Assembly (NCBI GenBank): GCA_013265495.1
Contig: MU057984.1
Location: forward strand, 186,001 to 250,000
Direction of reading: 5' to 3'
Length of the DNA stretch: 64,000 nucleotides
DNA from: Vicugna vicugna
Taxonomy: Eukaryota
A program made the position numbers and the translations under genes. Below, piece by piece: positions 52,070 to 64,000 of this stretch. Position 1 is the stretch's first letter. Each line of letters starts with the position of its first letter. The notes beneath the pieces are model-generated. The model ran no database searches. It worked only from the letters and a program-made list of their open reading frames with translations, and was not told the DNA's origin.

Positions 52070-52520
52070 TGTGATGATTAGTTTTATGTGTCCACTTGGC
52101 TGGACTATGGTGTCCAGTTTGATTAAACGCCTATCTAAATGTAACTGGAAAGGTTTTTTTTTTTTAATGTGTGAACATTTGAATCAGTAGACTGTGAGTA
52201 AAGTAAATGACCCTGCCTAAAGTGAGTGGGCCAACTCCAGTCAGTTGGAGGGCCTAAGAGCAAAGATGAGGTTACCTGAAGAAGAAGCAATTTTTTAAGT
52301 CAAGCCTGAAACATGGAAGCCCTGCCTGAACTTGTTGTAGCCTGCCCGGTCTGCCCTGGGGAATTTGGACTCAAGACCGCAACAGCAACTCTTACCCAAT
52401 TTTCCACCCTGCTCACTTGCCCTACAGGTTTTGGACCTGCTAGTCCCCACAGTCATGTTAGCCAATTCTTTAAATTTTCTCTCTCTATAGATATAGATTA
52501 TTGTATTATATCACACCTCT
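52070..52520 (+). mobile_element. ERVL LTR (MLT2-type)
   Basis: tgtgatgattagttttatgtgtccacttggctggactatggtgtccag...agccaattctttaaattttctctctctatag. Confidence 0.85.
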
Positions 52521-53052
52521 AAGAGAACTCATTTACCCAGTCTCTAGGAAACTTGCCCTATCTATTCCAACTCTCCACAATCTCATTTTCCTTTGAATTT
52601 CTACTGAAAAGGTATCGTGTTTAACACAGTATAATATGGGAATAGAAAACAATAGCATTAACTTTCTTTTGCATGTGAGGAAGACTGCTGTCATCTCTGA
52701 TATTGAAGTAAAAAGAACATGTTACATTGTTAAAATACTCATTAACATTTTGTCAGAAATTTACTGAAATGTTTCATTTAATAACAAATGTTTGTGAAGT
52801 TTTTTACTTTTGAAAGAGTAGGCAGCCTTCAAGCTGAAGTATTATAATCCACTAATCTTAATAGTAGTACAAATCCATAAAGTAAACTATATAAAGTTAA
52901 TTCTGAAATAATACAATTCTTACAGATATATGCAACACATATTTGTGTACATATCATGAATGCAAAGTATCTACTGATTTATACATGAATAATGGCATAT
53001 AATGAGGGTTTATGAAAACTGATCATGAAGCTCTTCATAATAATAAATTTAC

Positions 53053-53193
53053 CTGGTAATTCCTCACTGAATCTGTTGGATGGTTCTGACAACGATTTCA
53101 TAAAAAAGGGTATTAGATCTTCATCTTCATCTTCATCTGAGTCTTTCTGAGGATTATTGTTTTGTTTGCTTTTAACAGAAAATGAAATTGAAC
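53053..53193 (-). CDS. CFAP47: CFAP47 internal coding exon (first in window), (G)SISFSVKSKQNNNPQKDSDEDEDEDLIPFFMKSLSEPSNRFSEELP
   Basis: Acceptor gttgtag and donor gtaaat; 141 nt, phase 1-1; open frame lies within ORF 52979..53212; joins in frame to exon 45785; resembles the recalled FSVKS plus acidic linker of mammalian CFAP47. Confidence 0.85.
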
Positions 53194-53849
53194 CTACAAC
53201 ACACAAGCGCAAGATGTCAGATTAACCCAGAGGTTAGTTTTCTAAGATGAAAGGTCAGTTTTAGGTATTAAAGGTGCTCTAGCTTGGAATTAATAAATAT
53301 AAAGCCAAACGTAAATTTAGCTGTTAGTATCAGAATTAAACCTGATGGTGGTACAGAACAACTTAATGTAAAGCTCAAGGAAACATTTTTTAAATGCCCA
53401 TTAAAATAGTAATTTTTAATCAGATTTCTCATAGTAATTAAGAAAATGTAGCAAATAATAGAACTATGTCAACTTTCAGAAAATATACTGGTCTTGGGTT
53501 AAGTGCTCTTACATATTTTCTCCCTAAGTCATTTTTAACACTCATTTACTCATTAAGATATTTATTTTGTTCAGTATCCTAAGGATGAACTTTCCTTTAA
53601 ATATTTAATATGTAAAATATTAAATTTTGTTACAAAAATTATTAGTATCAAAAATTGGCACTTTTCATCTGGAATTTTTGTTACACTAAAATTGACTTAT
53701 AAAAGATTGGTATGAACTTTTAAACTGAAGCTAATACACATATGGAAAGGATTTTTCAAATCTTCTTTCCCCACAAGCTTCCAACATTTCCTTCTCTGCA
53801 TTCCTAGCTGATCATCTTGTTTCTAATTCACTAAGGAAATGGACACTTC

Positions 53850-54110
53850 TAGGAAAGAATTTCTTCACAGTCTCAACACCACACTGACGAACCCTTCCAC
53901 ATGGGTGACTTTATCCTCGGGCTTTCCTCCTACAAGAATGATAGATACACTCCTCTCTGGGACCAGTTCTTGGACCTGTGCACTAGATGCCATCTGCTCT
54001 AGTCTATCCAAGGATCTGGACACTGTAACGTTCCCCACTCTCTTCATCTTCAATTCTCCCTCTGAAACATGGTGTAATAACACCCAATTTCCAAAAAGCC
54101 TTCTCTTCAT
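53850..54110 (+). mobile_element. L2 (LINE2) ORF2 remnant
   Basis: acctgtgcactagatgccatctgctctagtctatccaagga...ttccccactctcttcatcttcaattctccctct resembles the recalled L2 consensus; C/T-rich. Confidence 0.6.
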
Positions 54111-55084
54111 CTAACGTATGTATGTATAAATGTATGTATTTTATATGTTTATACGTGTACACACACACACACAAGCACTAATACCATGTTAGGTTCAGTA
54201 TTAAAATATGGATGAAATATACAACATAAATTACCAAAAATGACTCAAGGCATAAAATAAATTCATGGACATTAAACATTTAAAAAAAATCAAAGCAATA
54301 CCTTGGCACCAACACGTGGCATCTTTCAAATTAGCAAAGAATACAATATTCTCATGCTATTTAAAATTTTAGAGAATTAAATATAAAGACAAGTAGGAAA
54401 TAAAGGTACAGCTCAATATTTAAAACTAAAATAACACACACCAAAATTTAATAGAGGTAATACATAGGAATATAGACTCAAAAAACTTACCCCCCCCAAA
54501 AAAAGACAAAAGCTCAGGGATTAAAAGTAAAAACTGTATTACTCTTTCAAACTGATAATTCTTAACACTTTTGATAATATTCATTTTTGATGAGAGTACT
54601 GAGTAACAGCCCCATCTCAGACACTACTGGTAAGAGTAAAAATTGCTGTTAAATTGTTTTAGAAAGCAATTCTGCAACATCCAAAAAATTGAAAATGTGT
54701 ATGTCCTTTAACATGTCAGTTCTATTTTTTATCCCATAAATAGCTTATATCTTAAATCTTATTCCCAGTGGTAAACTAGCATAGTGTGCAAAGAATTATT
54801 TACAATGATGCTTTGCAGTATTATCTGTAACTGCAGAAAAAAAAATAGGGACTTGATTTCCACCTAGTTACCACTAGTTACATGAATTAAGATATACACA
54901 CATTTAGATTATTGTTCATCTGGTCAAAAGAAAAAAAATCTATGAAAATTGAAGTGAAAATACATTCATAATACTTTGAGCAAGAGCAGCTGTTTACAGA
55001 ATTTTATATCTCATGTGACCCACTGTGTGTGGGAGGAGACTTTGTATGTGTGTAGGTGTTTAAAAGATACACACAAATATGAAT

Positions 55085-55435
55085 TGGTATTTGGACAGAA
55101 ATTTATTTTCTCATAGTCCTAGAGGCCAGAGGTTTGAAATCCAGGTGCCAAGAGAGTTAGTTCCTTCTGGAGGTTCCAAGGGAGATCTGTTCCATGCCCC
55201 TCTCCTAGCTTCTGCTGTTTGCCAGCACTCTTTGGCTTATAGACGTATCACTCCAGTATTTGCTTTCATCTTTGCATGGTGTTTTCTCCTGTGTCTATCT
55301 TCCTCTTCTTACAAGGACAACAGTCATACTGGATTAGGTCCCACCCTAATTCAGCATGACTGCATCTTAATTTGATTATATCTGCAAAGACCCTATTTTT
55401 AAGTAAGATCACTTTCACATGTGTCAGTGATTAAG
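55085..55435 (-). mobile_element. MaLR LTR (MLT1-type)
   Basis: cagaaatttattttctcatagtcctagaggccagaggtttgaaatccaggtg...ggattaggtcccaccctaattcagcatgac...atctgcaaagaccctattt. Confidence 0.85.
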
Positions 55436-55614
55436 TTACTAGTTCCCTGGGCAAGAAGAACTGCTTCCAGACTGCAGCTGTGAGGGGCTACAGCCAGATT
55501 ATAGGGCTGCTTCCAGATGTGCAGACAGAACATAAGTCAGTGGGCCCACCTCTGGGGCATGAACAAGTGTGCTTCCTAGTAGGGGTGTTCCCAGACCATG
55601 GCTGATAGTAACTG

Positions 55615-56643
55615 TTTCTTTTTCAAACAGTTTAAGGTTTACAAAAAAATGAGTGTAAATTACAGAGCATTCCTATATACCCACCTTAGTTACCCCTATT
55701 ACAAGTATCTTTCATTAGCGTGGTACAATACTTACAACTGATGAGCCAATAACAATACACCATTGTTAACTAAAGCCCACAGCTTACATTCTGGTTCACT
55801 CTTTGTGTTGTACATTCTATAGCTTTGGCAAATGTATAATTTAATCTATCTACTGTTACAAATTATGCAGAACTATTTCATTGACTCCAAAGTCCCCTGT
55901 ACCCTACTCATTCATCCCTCCCTCCCAACCCCTCAAGGAACTGGCAAGCATTGACATTTTTTCAGAATGTCATATGGATGGAATCATACAGAATGTGTCA
56001 TTTTCAGGTTGGCTTCTTCCACTAAGCAATATGCATTTAAATTTCCTTCAGTCTTCCAGTCATTTGTTTTTCTCACTGAAAATACCCATCTATATGGATA
56101 TACCACTGCTTATCCATTCACCTATTGTAGGACATTGTGGTTGCCTCTGCATTTTGGCAATCATGAATAAAGCTGTTATAAACAGTCATGTGTAGATTTT
56201 CATGTGGACATAAATTTTCAACTCATTTGGATAAATACCAAATGGGCTTGTGGGTTGCTGGATCATGTTATGAGTAGTTTAGTCCTGTAACATACTGACA
56301 AACTGTCTTCCAAAGCTCTGTACCACTGTACCATTTTGCATTCCTATCATTAATGAATGAGTTTCGATTGTTCTACATCTTTGCCAGCATTTGGTGCTGT
56401 GAGGGCTTATGAATTTAGTCATCCTAATAGGTATATAGTGGTATCTCACTGTTATTTTAATTTGAAGTTCCCTAAAGACATATGATGTTGAACATCTTTT
56501 TGTATGCTTATTTGCTATCAGAATATTTTCTTTGGTGAGGTGTCTCCCCAGATCTTTGACAATTTTTTAAATTGGGCTGTTTTCCTGTTGTTGAGTTTTA
56601 ATATTTTTAAAAATATTTTGGATACTATTCATTTATTAGATAC
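55615..56643 (-). mobile_element. L1 3'UTR plus ORF2 C-terminus (L1MA/MB-type), antisense
   Basis: tcaactcatttggataaatacca, ccattttgcattcctatc, gtggtatctcactgttattttaatttg. Confidence 0.88.
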
Positions 56644-56644
56644 C

Positions 56645-58985
56645 TAAAGAGTTTAAAAGAGACAAATAAGGACACTATATATTAATAAAAGATTCAATTC
56701 ACTAAAAAACCAGAAAATAGCCAAAAAAAAAGTTATCTCATAGATACAGAGAACAGATGCGTGATTGCTAGAGGCAAGGGGGTGGGGGGTGCAGTAGGTG
56801 AAATGGGTGAAGGGTGGTCAAAACGTACAAACTTCCAGGTATAAAATGACTAAGTCACGGGGGTGTAAGATACAGCATCTTGACTATAGTTAATGATACT
56901 GTATTATATTTTGAAATTTGCTGAGAGAGTAGGTCTTAAAATTTCTCAATACAAGAAAAAATATTTGTATTTATGTATAGTGATGGACTTTAGACTTATC
57001 ATGGTGATTATTTTGCAATATATACAATTATCAAATTAAAAAGATTAAATTCAGCAAGAACATAAAAAATTATAGACATACACACAACTAAAAACAGAGG
57101 CCCAAAATATATGATGCAAAAATTAACAAAAATTGGAAGGAGAAATAGACAGTCCTAATTGCTAATTGCTAATCCTAATAGCTAAAGACCTCAATACTTT
57201 ACTTTCATTAATGGACAGAACAACTAGACAGAAGATCAGGATAGAAACAGAGGACATGAAAAACACTATAAAATCACTAGACCTAAGTGACTTATATAGA
57301 ACATTACACAGAACAACATCAGAACACATATTCTTTTCAAATGAATAAGAAACAATGTCTAGGATAGATCACATGTGATGCCACAAAGCAAATCTTAATA
57401 AATTTTAAAACACTGAAATTGTACAAAGCATCTTTTTGCATCACTATGGAATGGAATCACAAATCAATAATAGAAGAAAGATGGGAAATTTACAGACTAG
57501 GAAACTGAACAACATACTCTTGAACAGTCAATATTTCAAAGAAGAAATCACAGTAAAAATTTAAAAATATCTTGAGACAACTGAAAATGAAAACATAGCA
57601 TGTAAAACTTATATGCATAAAGAGCAGTGCTCAGAGGGCAATTTATAGCAGTAAATGTATTTGTTAAATAAAAAGAACAATCTGAAATCAACAACCTAAC
57701 TGTACACTATAAGGAACTAGAAAAAGAAAAGCAAATTAAACTCAAAACTAGGAGAAGGAAGGAAGGAAATAATAAAGATTAGAGTGGAGGTAAATAATAG
57801 AGAATAGAAAAACAATAGAGAAAAACAAAACCAAAAAAACCCGAAAGTTTGTTCTTTGAAAAGATCAACATAATTGGTACACCATTAGCTAGAATGACTA
57901 AGAAAAAATAGCAAAGACTCAAATCAATAAAATCAGAAATACAGTGGGACATTCACATTGTTTTTACCAAAATAAAAAACACTATGAACACTTATGTGCT
58001 GAAACATTGGATAACTTAGACGAAACGGACAATTAGAAACACACAATCTTCTAAAACTGACTCAGAAATAATAGAAATTTGGATAGCTATAAAATTAGTA
58101 AGGAGACTAAATCAGATCAGTAATCAAAACTTTCCCTACAAAAAAAGCTCAGGACCAGATGGCCTCACTGTTTGATTATACCAAATACTTAAAGAAAAAT
58201 TAACACCATTTTATTCTAAAACACATCCAATATATTGAAGGGCAGGGAAAACTTCCTAACTTATTCTAGGAGGCCAGCATTGTCACAATACAAAAGCCAG
58301 AGAAAGACAGTACAAGAAAAGAAAACTAAAATACAATATCCCTAATGAACATCAATGCAAAAATTTTCAACAAACTACTAGCAAATTGGATTCAGCAGCT
58401 TATTAGATGGATTATATACCATAATCAAATGAGATTCATTTCAGGAATGAATGAATGAATAAAGGGAGGGTGTTTCAGCATACCAAAATCAATCAGCGTA
58501 ATACACCACAACAACAGAATGAAGGAAAAAAACACATGATCTCAACTGATGGATAAAAAGTGTTTAACAAAATTCAACAGCCTTTCATGATAAAAATAAG
58601 CTATGAATAGAACTTCTTCAAAATGATAAGGGCCATATATGAAAAACTCACAGCTAACATTATACTCAGTGGTGAAACACTATAAACTTTCCTTCTAACA
58701 GCAGAAACAAGACAAAGATGTCTGGTTTTGCCACAGTACTGGAATTTCCAGCCAGAGCAATTATGCAAGAAAAAATAGTAAAGGCATCCAAATTGGAAAG
58801 GAAAAAGTAAAATCATCTGTTCATACGATCTTACATGTAGAAAATCTTAATGATTCCATGAAAAAAAAAGTAAGACAATAAATACACTCAGCAAATATGC
58901 AGGATACAAAATCAATACCTAAAATCAGTTAAATTTCTACACACTAGCAATGAACAATTCGAAAAGGAAACCAAACAATTCAGTT
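56645..58985 (+). mobile_element. L1 ORF2 endonuclease-to-RT segment, disabled, with a nested L1 3'UTR at 56702-57038
   Basis: ORF 57166..57348 resembles L1 endonuclease (DLNTLLSLMDRTTRQKI, LDLSDLYRTLH); ctcaggaccagatggcctcactg; aggatacaaaatcaatac. Confidence 0.9.
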
Positions 58986-59954
58986 AGATGAAATAATTAT
59001 TTGGATAAAGTTACATATGATAATAGGTGTACACTAAATAATGAGAAAACCTAATCAATACTTCAAATATTACGAAATACTCTCAAGAATTAAAGGTATA
59101 CATTTTCCATTCTTTCTCATTTCAGTTCATTTATATACTCAGCCTATTTTTCTCTCCCTCCAATAGACCCATTTAAATGTAAATGCATTTTTACTACCAC
59201 ATAGCAAATAGAAATTAGACAATCATTTGTAAAACAACTCAAAAGCCTTGTATGCATATTACAAGATCATATGTTATAGACCAGGATGAGAAATTAAGTA
59301 TTTACCTTAAAAAATAGAAATGGATGAAAAGAACTATGGAAGAAATTACAGGTCTATTTAGTAGCTTATTTTTTTAACTGAAAGAACACTTTTAAACAAT
59401 GTATCTTAGAATTATACCACTAATTTAGAGATCATTTTTTTTCCCAGTGAAAAACCTTTTTCTTGGCAATGTAATTTTAATTTTATTTCTAAACAATTAC
59501 ATTTAAAATTACATCCTTATTTTTGGTTATTAACTAGCAATGGTAGGACAGACAAACAAATTCTTGTAAACTTTTATTATGAAGAATGAATAACTTTAGA
59601 CTCAGCAACATAACTGTTAGCAATGAACCTTCAAACCAAATGTACTACTTAACAGTTGAGAATATGTGTTTCAAAAGATGGTAATATTTTCCCATACTAT
59701 ATGTGTATGTGATTACTTTGTTTCCCATATTCTTCTATTCTGGCTAAGGCCAACCAATCCAAAAGGGAACAAAAAATAAATAAAAGCTTGACTGTTGGTG
59801 CTCGAGTTTATCAAAATGATAGGAAAATGACTAGGTTGCTTTGGAAAAACTAGAGTTGTAACAGAAATAATAGCAGTGGTAAAAGCAACTCTCTAAGATA
59901 CAACATCATTGACTTAGTGGTTTTCCTGTTTGAAGAGAGGGTTACTCTGTGTTA

Positions 59955-60135
59955 GACATATGCTAAATGCTTCCTTTTTATTATTTAACCCCTTTAATAA
60001 ACATGAGTTAATTCCTCATTAGACTTACTTTAAAGCTGAGCAAACTGGGTGGTAGAGAAGGTTAGGTAACTTACTTCAGGTCACATAGTTAGTAAGTGAA
60101 AAACGCATATATATTTACCTGACAGACTATAGGAA
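59955..60135 (-). mobile_element. MIR SINE
   Basis: gagcaaactgggtggtagagaaggttaggtaacttacttcaggtcacatagttagtaagtg is an antisense MIR core. Confidence 0.75.
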
Positions 60136-60321
60136 ATGGTGTATTAAGCCCTGTCTAAACATCACTAAATATACCACAGAATGAATGGGCTTTTCATTGG
60201 AAAAATAGCGAAATCATTCACATGTTTACAAAATATTTATTTTGACCTAAAAGGATAGGTTTCAGATACTGCTCATTGATCACCTAAACTATTTCATCCC
60301 TGAGAAAACCCCCAAAAGCAG

Positions 60322-60335
60322 GTTTCCATGGCAAC
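60322..60335. promoter_or_regulatory. RFX X-box motif GTTTCCATGGCAAC
   Basis: 14-bp near-palindrome one mismatch from the RFX consensus GTTGCCATGGCAAC, in apparently non-repetitive intron of a ciliary gene. Function is not shown by sequence alone. Confidence 0.55.
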
Positions 60336-61149
60336 AGTGAAACCTGGCAAGGTCCTTGACCTCTTTGCACCTAGTCTCCTCACATCCATCCTGCTCCTTC
60401 CACTGGAGCTTGGCCACTCCCTGTCGCTAAAGAGGAGTACTGTTAAGGAAAATTTCTGCATGGCTGGGATTTTATCCACGTGTAAATTTCCTGCAGGCAC
60501 ATTAATTCCATCAAGAAGTTTCTTCATGAGTATTTGCTCTATGTACATTAAATTACACACAATCAAATGGATCTTCATTGTTTCTCTAATTTGCACTACC
60601 CTTTGTAATTTGAATAGTAAGACTAAAGATGAAAGCCTAAGGAATCCTCTACTAGCCCTCTTTCTCTTTGTGTCTCTTTTTTTTTTCTTTCTTCATTTTA
60701 ACCTTATTTCTAACTCACTTTCTTTTGTTTTATTTCTCCTTCATTAGGGGACCAAAGGCAAGGCAAAAAAACAAAATTATACGGCTGATAAAGAAACCCA
60801 GTGCTGTGGCCACAACCTCTGTAAGAGAGCTCTTGTCTCTCACTCTTTCTATGCTCTTACTTTTTATGATAAAATGTACAGCAGTTTAGCACCTAATAGT
60901 AGGCCTACAGGCTCCATTTTTTGTGTGTGTGGTATTATATTGTTTGTTCTTTCTCTAATACAGTTTTAACATGAGTATAACAGGCTAATGTAAACCATAG
61001 GAAAGGATTATTAAAATCTACAGGATTCAGATTTCTGACATAGAGGATGGTTGATTATCTTTTAACTTTAGCAAGAACCCATGCTTTCACTACTGGGGCA
61101 AGCAGTTAGACTGCTATTAAAACCACGTGTTTCTTTTGGATCCATTTAA

Positions 61150-62317
61150 GAAAAAACTGATAAACTGCATTTCATTAAAATTAAAAGCTTTTAAAATCAT
61201 TTCACAATGTATAGTATATCAAATTGCCACACAATGCATCTTAAATATAAACAATTTTTATATGTCAATTATACCTCAATAAAGCTGGAAAAAATAAAAA
61301 CTTCTGCTATTCAATAGACACTGCTAAACAAATTAGGAGGAAAACTATAGATTGGGAGAAAAAATTTTAAAGCATGTATCTGATAAAGGGCATGTATCCA
61401 GAATATATTTAAAAAGGCCTCTAAAAAATAAGAAAACAAACAAAATGGGGGGAAAATGGGCAAACATGAAAAAGCATTTCAATTAAGAAGGTATAAGAAT
61501 GACAAACAAGCACAAGAAAAGATACTCAACATAATTTATTATTCATTGTGGAAATGCAGATTAAAACCACACTGTAATAGCACTACACACAAATTAAAAT
61601 GGAGAAAATTGATATGACTAACCCTACTAAGTATGTTCAATGATGTAGAGAAAGTAAAACTTTCATACACTGCTGGTGGGAATGGAAAAAAGAACAATCT
61701 CTTTGAGAAACTGTCCAGCAGTTTCTTTAAACGTTATTCATTCAGCTACCATGGTTATCCAGCCGTCCCACACAGAAGTGATTTACCCAAGAGGAATGAA
61801 AGTATATACCCATAGAAAGACATACACATGAATGCGCATTATCAGCTTTACTTAATTACCAAAAAAGGCAAAAACCCAAATGTTCATCAATAGGTAAAGA
61901 GATGAACAAATTGTGATATATCCATTCCATGGACTATTACTCAGAAATAAAAGGAATAAACTATTGATACATACACTGTGTGGATGGATCTCAAAATAAT
62001 TATGTTGCACAAAAGAAAACAGCCAAAAAAGGGTGCACTCTGTGATTCTATTTATATACAATGCAATAAGATGCCTAAAAAGTGAAAGAAAACAGATCAA
62101 TGATTGTCCAGAGCAAGGGTGACATTGGGCAGGAAGGGAGGGGAGGCAAAAGGATTAAAAATGAACACAAAGAAACTTTTGGGGGTGAAGTATATTCATT
62201 ATCTGACTTGTGTCAATGGATTCATGGTTGTATATATATGTTAAAACTTCTCAACTTGTACTTTGACTATGTACAACTTATTGCATGTCAATTATACTGC
62301 AATGAAGCTGTTAAAAA
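61150..62317 (+). mobile_element. Old L1 ORF2 end plus 3'UTR (L1ME-type), with a small nested L1 tail at about 61195-61295
   Basis: gattgggagaaaaaattt, tcatacactgctggtgggaatg, tggatggatctcaaaataattatg, gtcaattatactgcaatgaagctgttaaaaa. Confidence 0.85.
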
Positions 62318-63212
62318 TACACTATATGTTTCAGATACCTACCTACTTGTTTCAGATACCTACACTATATGTTTACACCTACCACTTCTGAGCAGGATAA
62401 TGACACAAACTGAGAACTGTCACCCCAAACTGGAAGTACTGTATAAGTACAATATGTAAGTGAAGTTTACAGTTCACCAATGAGTATCATCATCATATTG
62501 AAATACCTCGTCATCAGATTGAAATACCCAGAAGACTTTTATCTATCTATCTAAAATCTCTATTTATCTACATCTCCTCTTAGTTCCATAAAGCCATGCA
62601 TGCTTCATTGATATCAAATATAATAGTTTGCTCATTTGTTTGGATTTACTGCATTGTAAAAGTGGCTTAAGTCTCCATGTAAAGTCTTCACTTTTTTTCA
62701 TTTAATTTAAAATGTATTTCTATGATTAATTTCTGTATGAGATAAAAATGAATCTAGCATTAAAAAGCATCCTTAGGCCCCATCCATGCAATAAAAAGGG
62801 GAGGATCATTTTTTAGAAAAGTGCGTAGTAGTAAGAGGCAAATGTTTAAGTACTTGGAAAATTTTCTGAAGTAGTTTCATGTTAACAAAAAAAATTTAAA
62901 AGACAAAAAAAAGTTTTAAAGTTTCAGAATATCTGAATGATTTTCTAACCCTAGTAATTTCAATAGGTCATGTTTAATTTTTCAGAAATTAGAAAGTATT
63001 TTTGAAGGATGCTCTGAATTTGAAAATTTTCATAAAAGTGTATGAATAAATCATAGGCAATAAACCCATCTGAGATTCTTTTTTTTCCCCCTCTGAGATT
63101 CTTAAGTAAAAATTTTACATGAGAAAAGCCAAGAATTTGCCAAATCATATTTTCATTTTCCTATAAATAACTTCTTACAAAATACACAAACTCTTTTGAC
63201 CAGTAAAGCAGG

Positions 63213-63214
<2 letters not shown>

Positions 63215-63249
<35 letters not shown>
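63215..63249. repeat. (CA)n microsatellite
   Basis: Uninterrupted CA run of about 17 units. Confidence 0.95.
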
Positions 63250-63251
<2 letters not shown>

Positions 63252-64000
63252 AGGAGGGATAAGACAAAGAGGTGAGGAAATGAGAGAGAAAGTTTTATAT
63301 TCTCAATAATAATTATATGCATATACATATATATCTCAGTAGTTCAAAATTCAAATACAAAGATTTTAACCAGAATATCATGGGTGGATTTGGAAACCAC
63401 TGGAGCGTTCTTCCAAAAGCAATCTTAATTTATATTCAATGGAACATCTACAGCCTGCCTTGCACTCCCAGGGAGAACTATGTCTTTAATACATAATCAA
63501 CAATCACAAATGAGGGTTGTGCCAATTAACTGTGGGCCCCACGGCAAACATTGGAATTGTGGGAGTGTCTCCTTCAGCTTGACAGAGTATATGCAACTTT
63601 CAAATTAAATCTTCCTTGTTCTCATATTTTATTGTACTCCTATTATTGCTCTAATAAGCAATTTTTAAAATATTTTAGAAATAATTTTATTTGGAAACAT
63701 ATTTCTTCTTCCATTTGATACTGACTGGATACCTGCTGCTGGGTGCCAGGTGCTGGCCTGGAGGCCAGGGCTAGCCTGGCACTCAAAGGACAGACCAACC
63801 CGTGCAAAGGCAGAAAATGCAGGATATACCATCACACATTGATCTACTAACACACACGTAGACCTTGAGACTATAGTTAATGTTGATTGTGATTTTGGGG
63901 TCAGCGCAGCAAGAATAAGTCTAGTGTTCACAAGCCTCCAGGGGTAATACCATGCAGGTGGCTAGAGCTTTCACGAAACATCAGAGCAGAGGCTGCCTGG

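Noticed and set aside
53839..54114. Overlapping ORFs (91 aa +, 81 aa -) just upstream of a CFAP47 exon
   Set aside because: The DNA resembles an L2 remnant, the peptide has no recalled CFAP47 similarity, and I found no fitting splice sites.
59305..59377. Exon-like segment on the minus strand (ctttcag ... AAG|gtaaat)
   Set aside because: Stop codons in all three frames and no homology; at most a pseudo-exon.
60294..60747. Overlapping 100-aa and 139-aa ORFs as coding exons
   Set aside because: No recognisable protein similarity and no convincing donor; only the embedded X-box is retained as a finding.

Overview
AT-rich, CpG-depleted, repeat-dense mammalian genomic DNA, most likely from a camelid: it carries four tRNA-Ala-like SINEs of the vic-1 type. 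The window lies inside a large minus-strand gene. Eight internal coding exons (53193-53053, 45785-45688, 37913-37738, 36152-36045, 33637-33529, 30066-29953, 26118-25962, 16889-16791) have canonical AG/GT ends and matching phases. They splice into a stop-free 1002-nt frame that I recognise from memory as the C-terminal third of CFAP47 (cilia- and flagella-associated protein 47, X-linked; this part was formerly annotated CXorf30). The neighbouring exons were not found and probably lie outside the window. The rest is intron filled with L1 fragments of several ages, L2, MIR, MER5-type DNA transposons, MaLR/ERVL/ERV1-type solo LTRs and microsatellites. Most ORFs in the supplied track are repeat-derived or chance. 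I found no convincing new biological system. The best leads are a near-perfect RFX X-box in a non-repetitive intronic island, an exon whose acceptor appears to have shifted 9 nt upstream, a strongly basic exon, a cluster of four LTRs around one exon, and several retrotransposition footprints. Repeat family names and boundaries were assigned by eye and are approximate.
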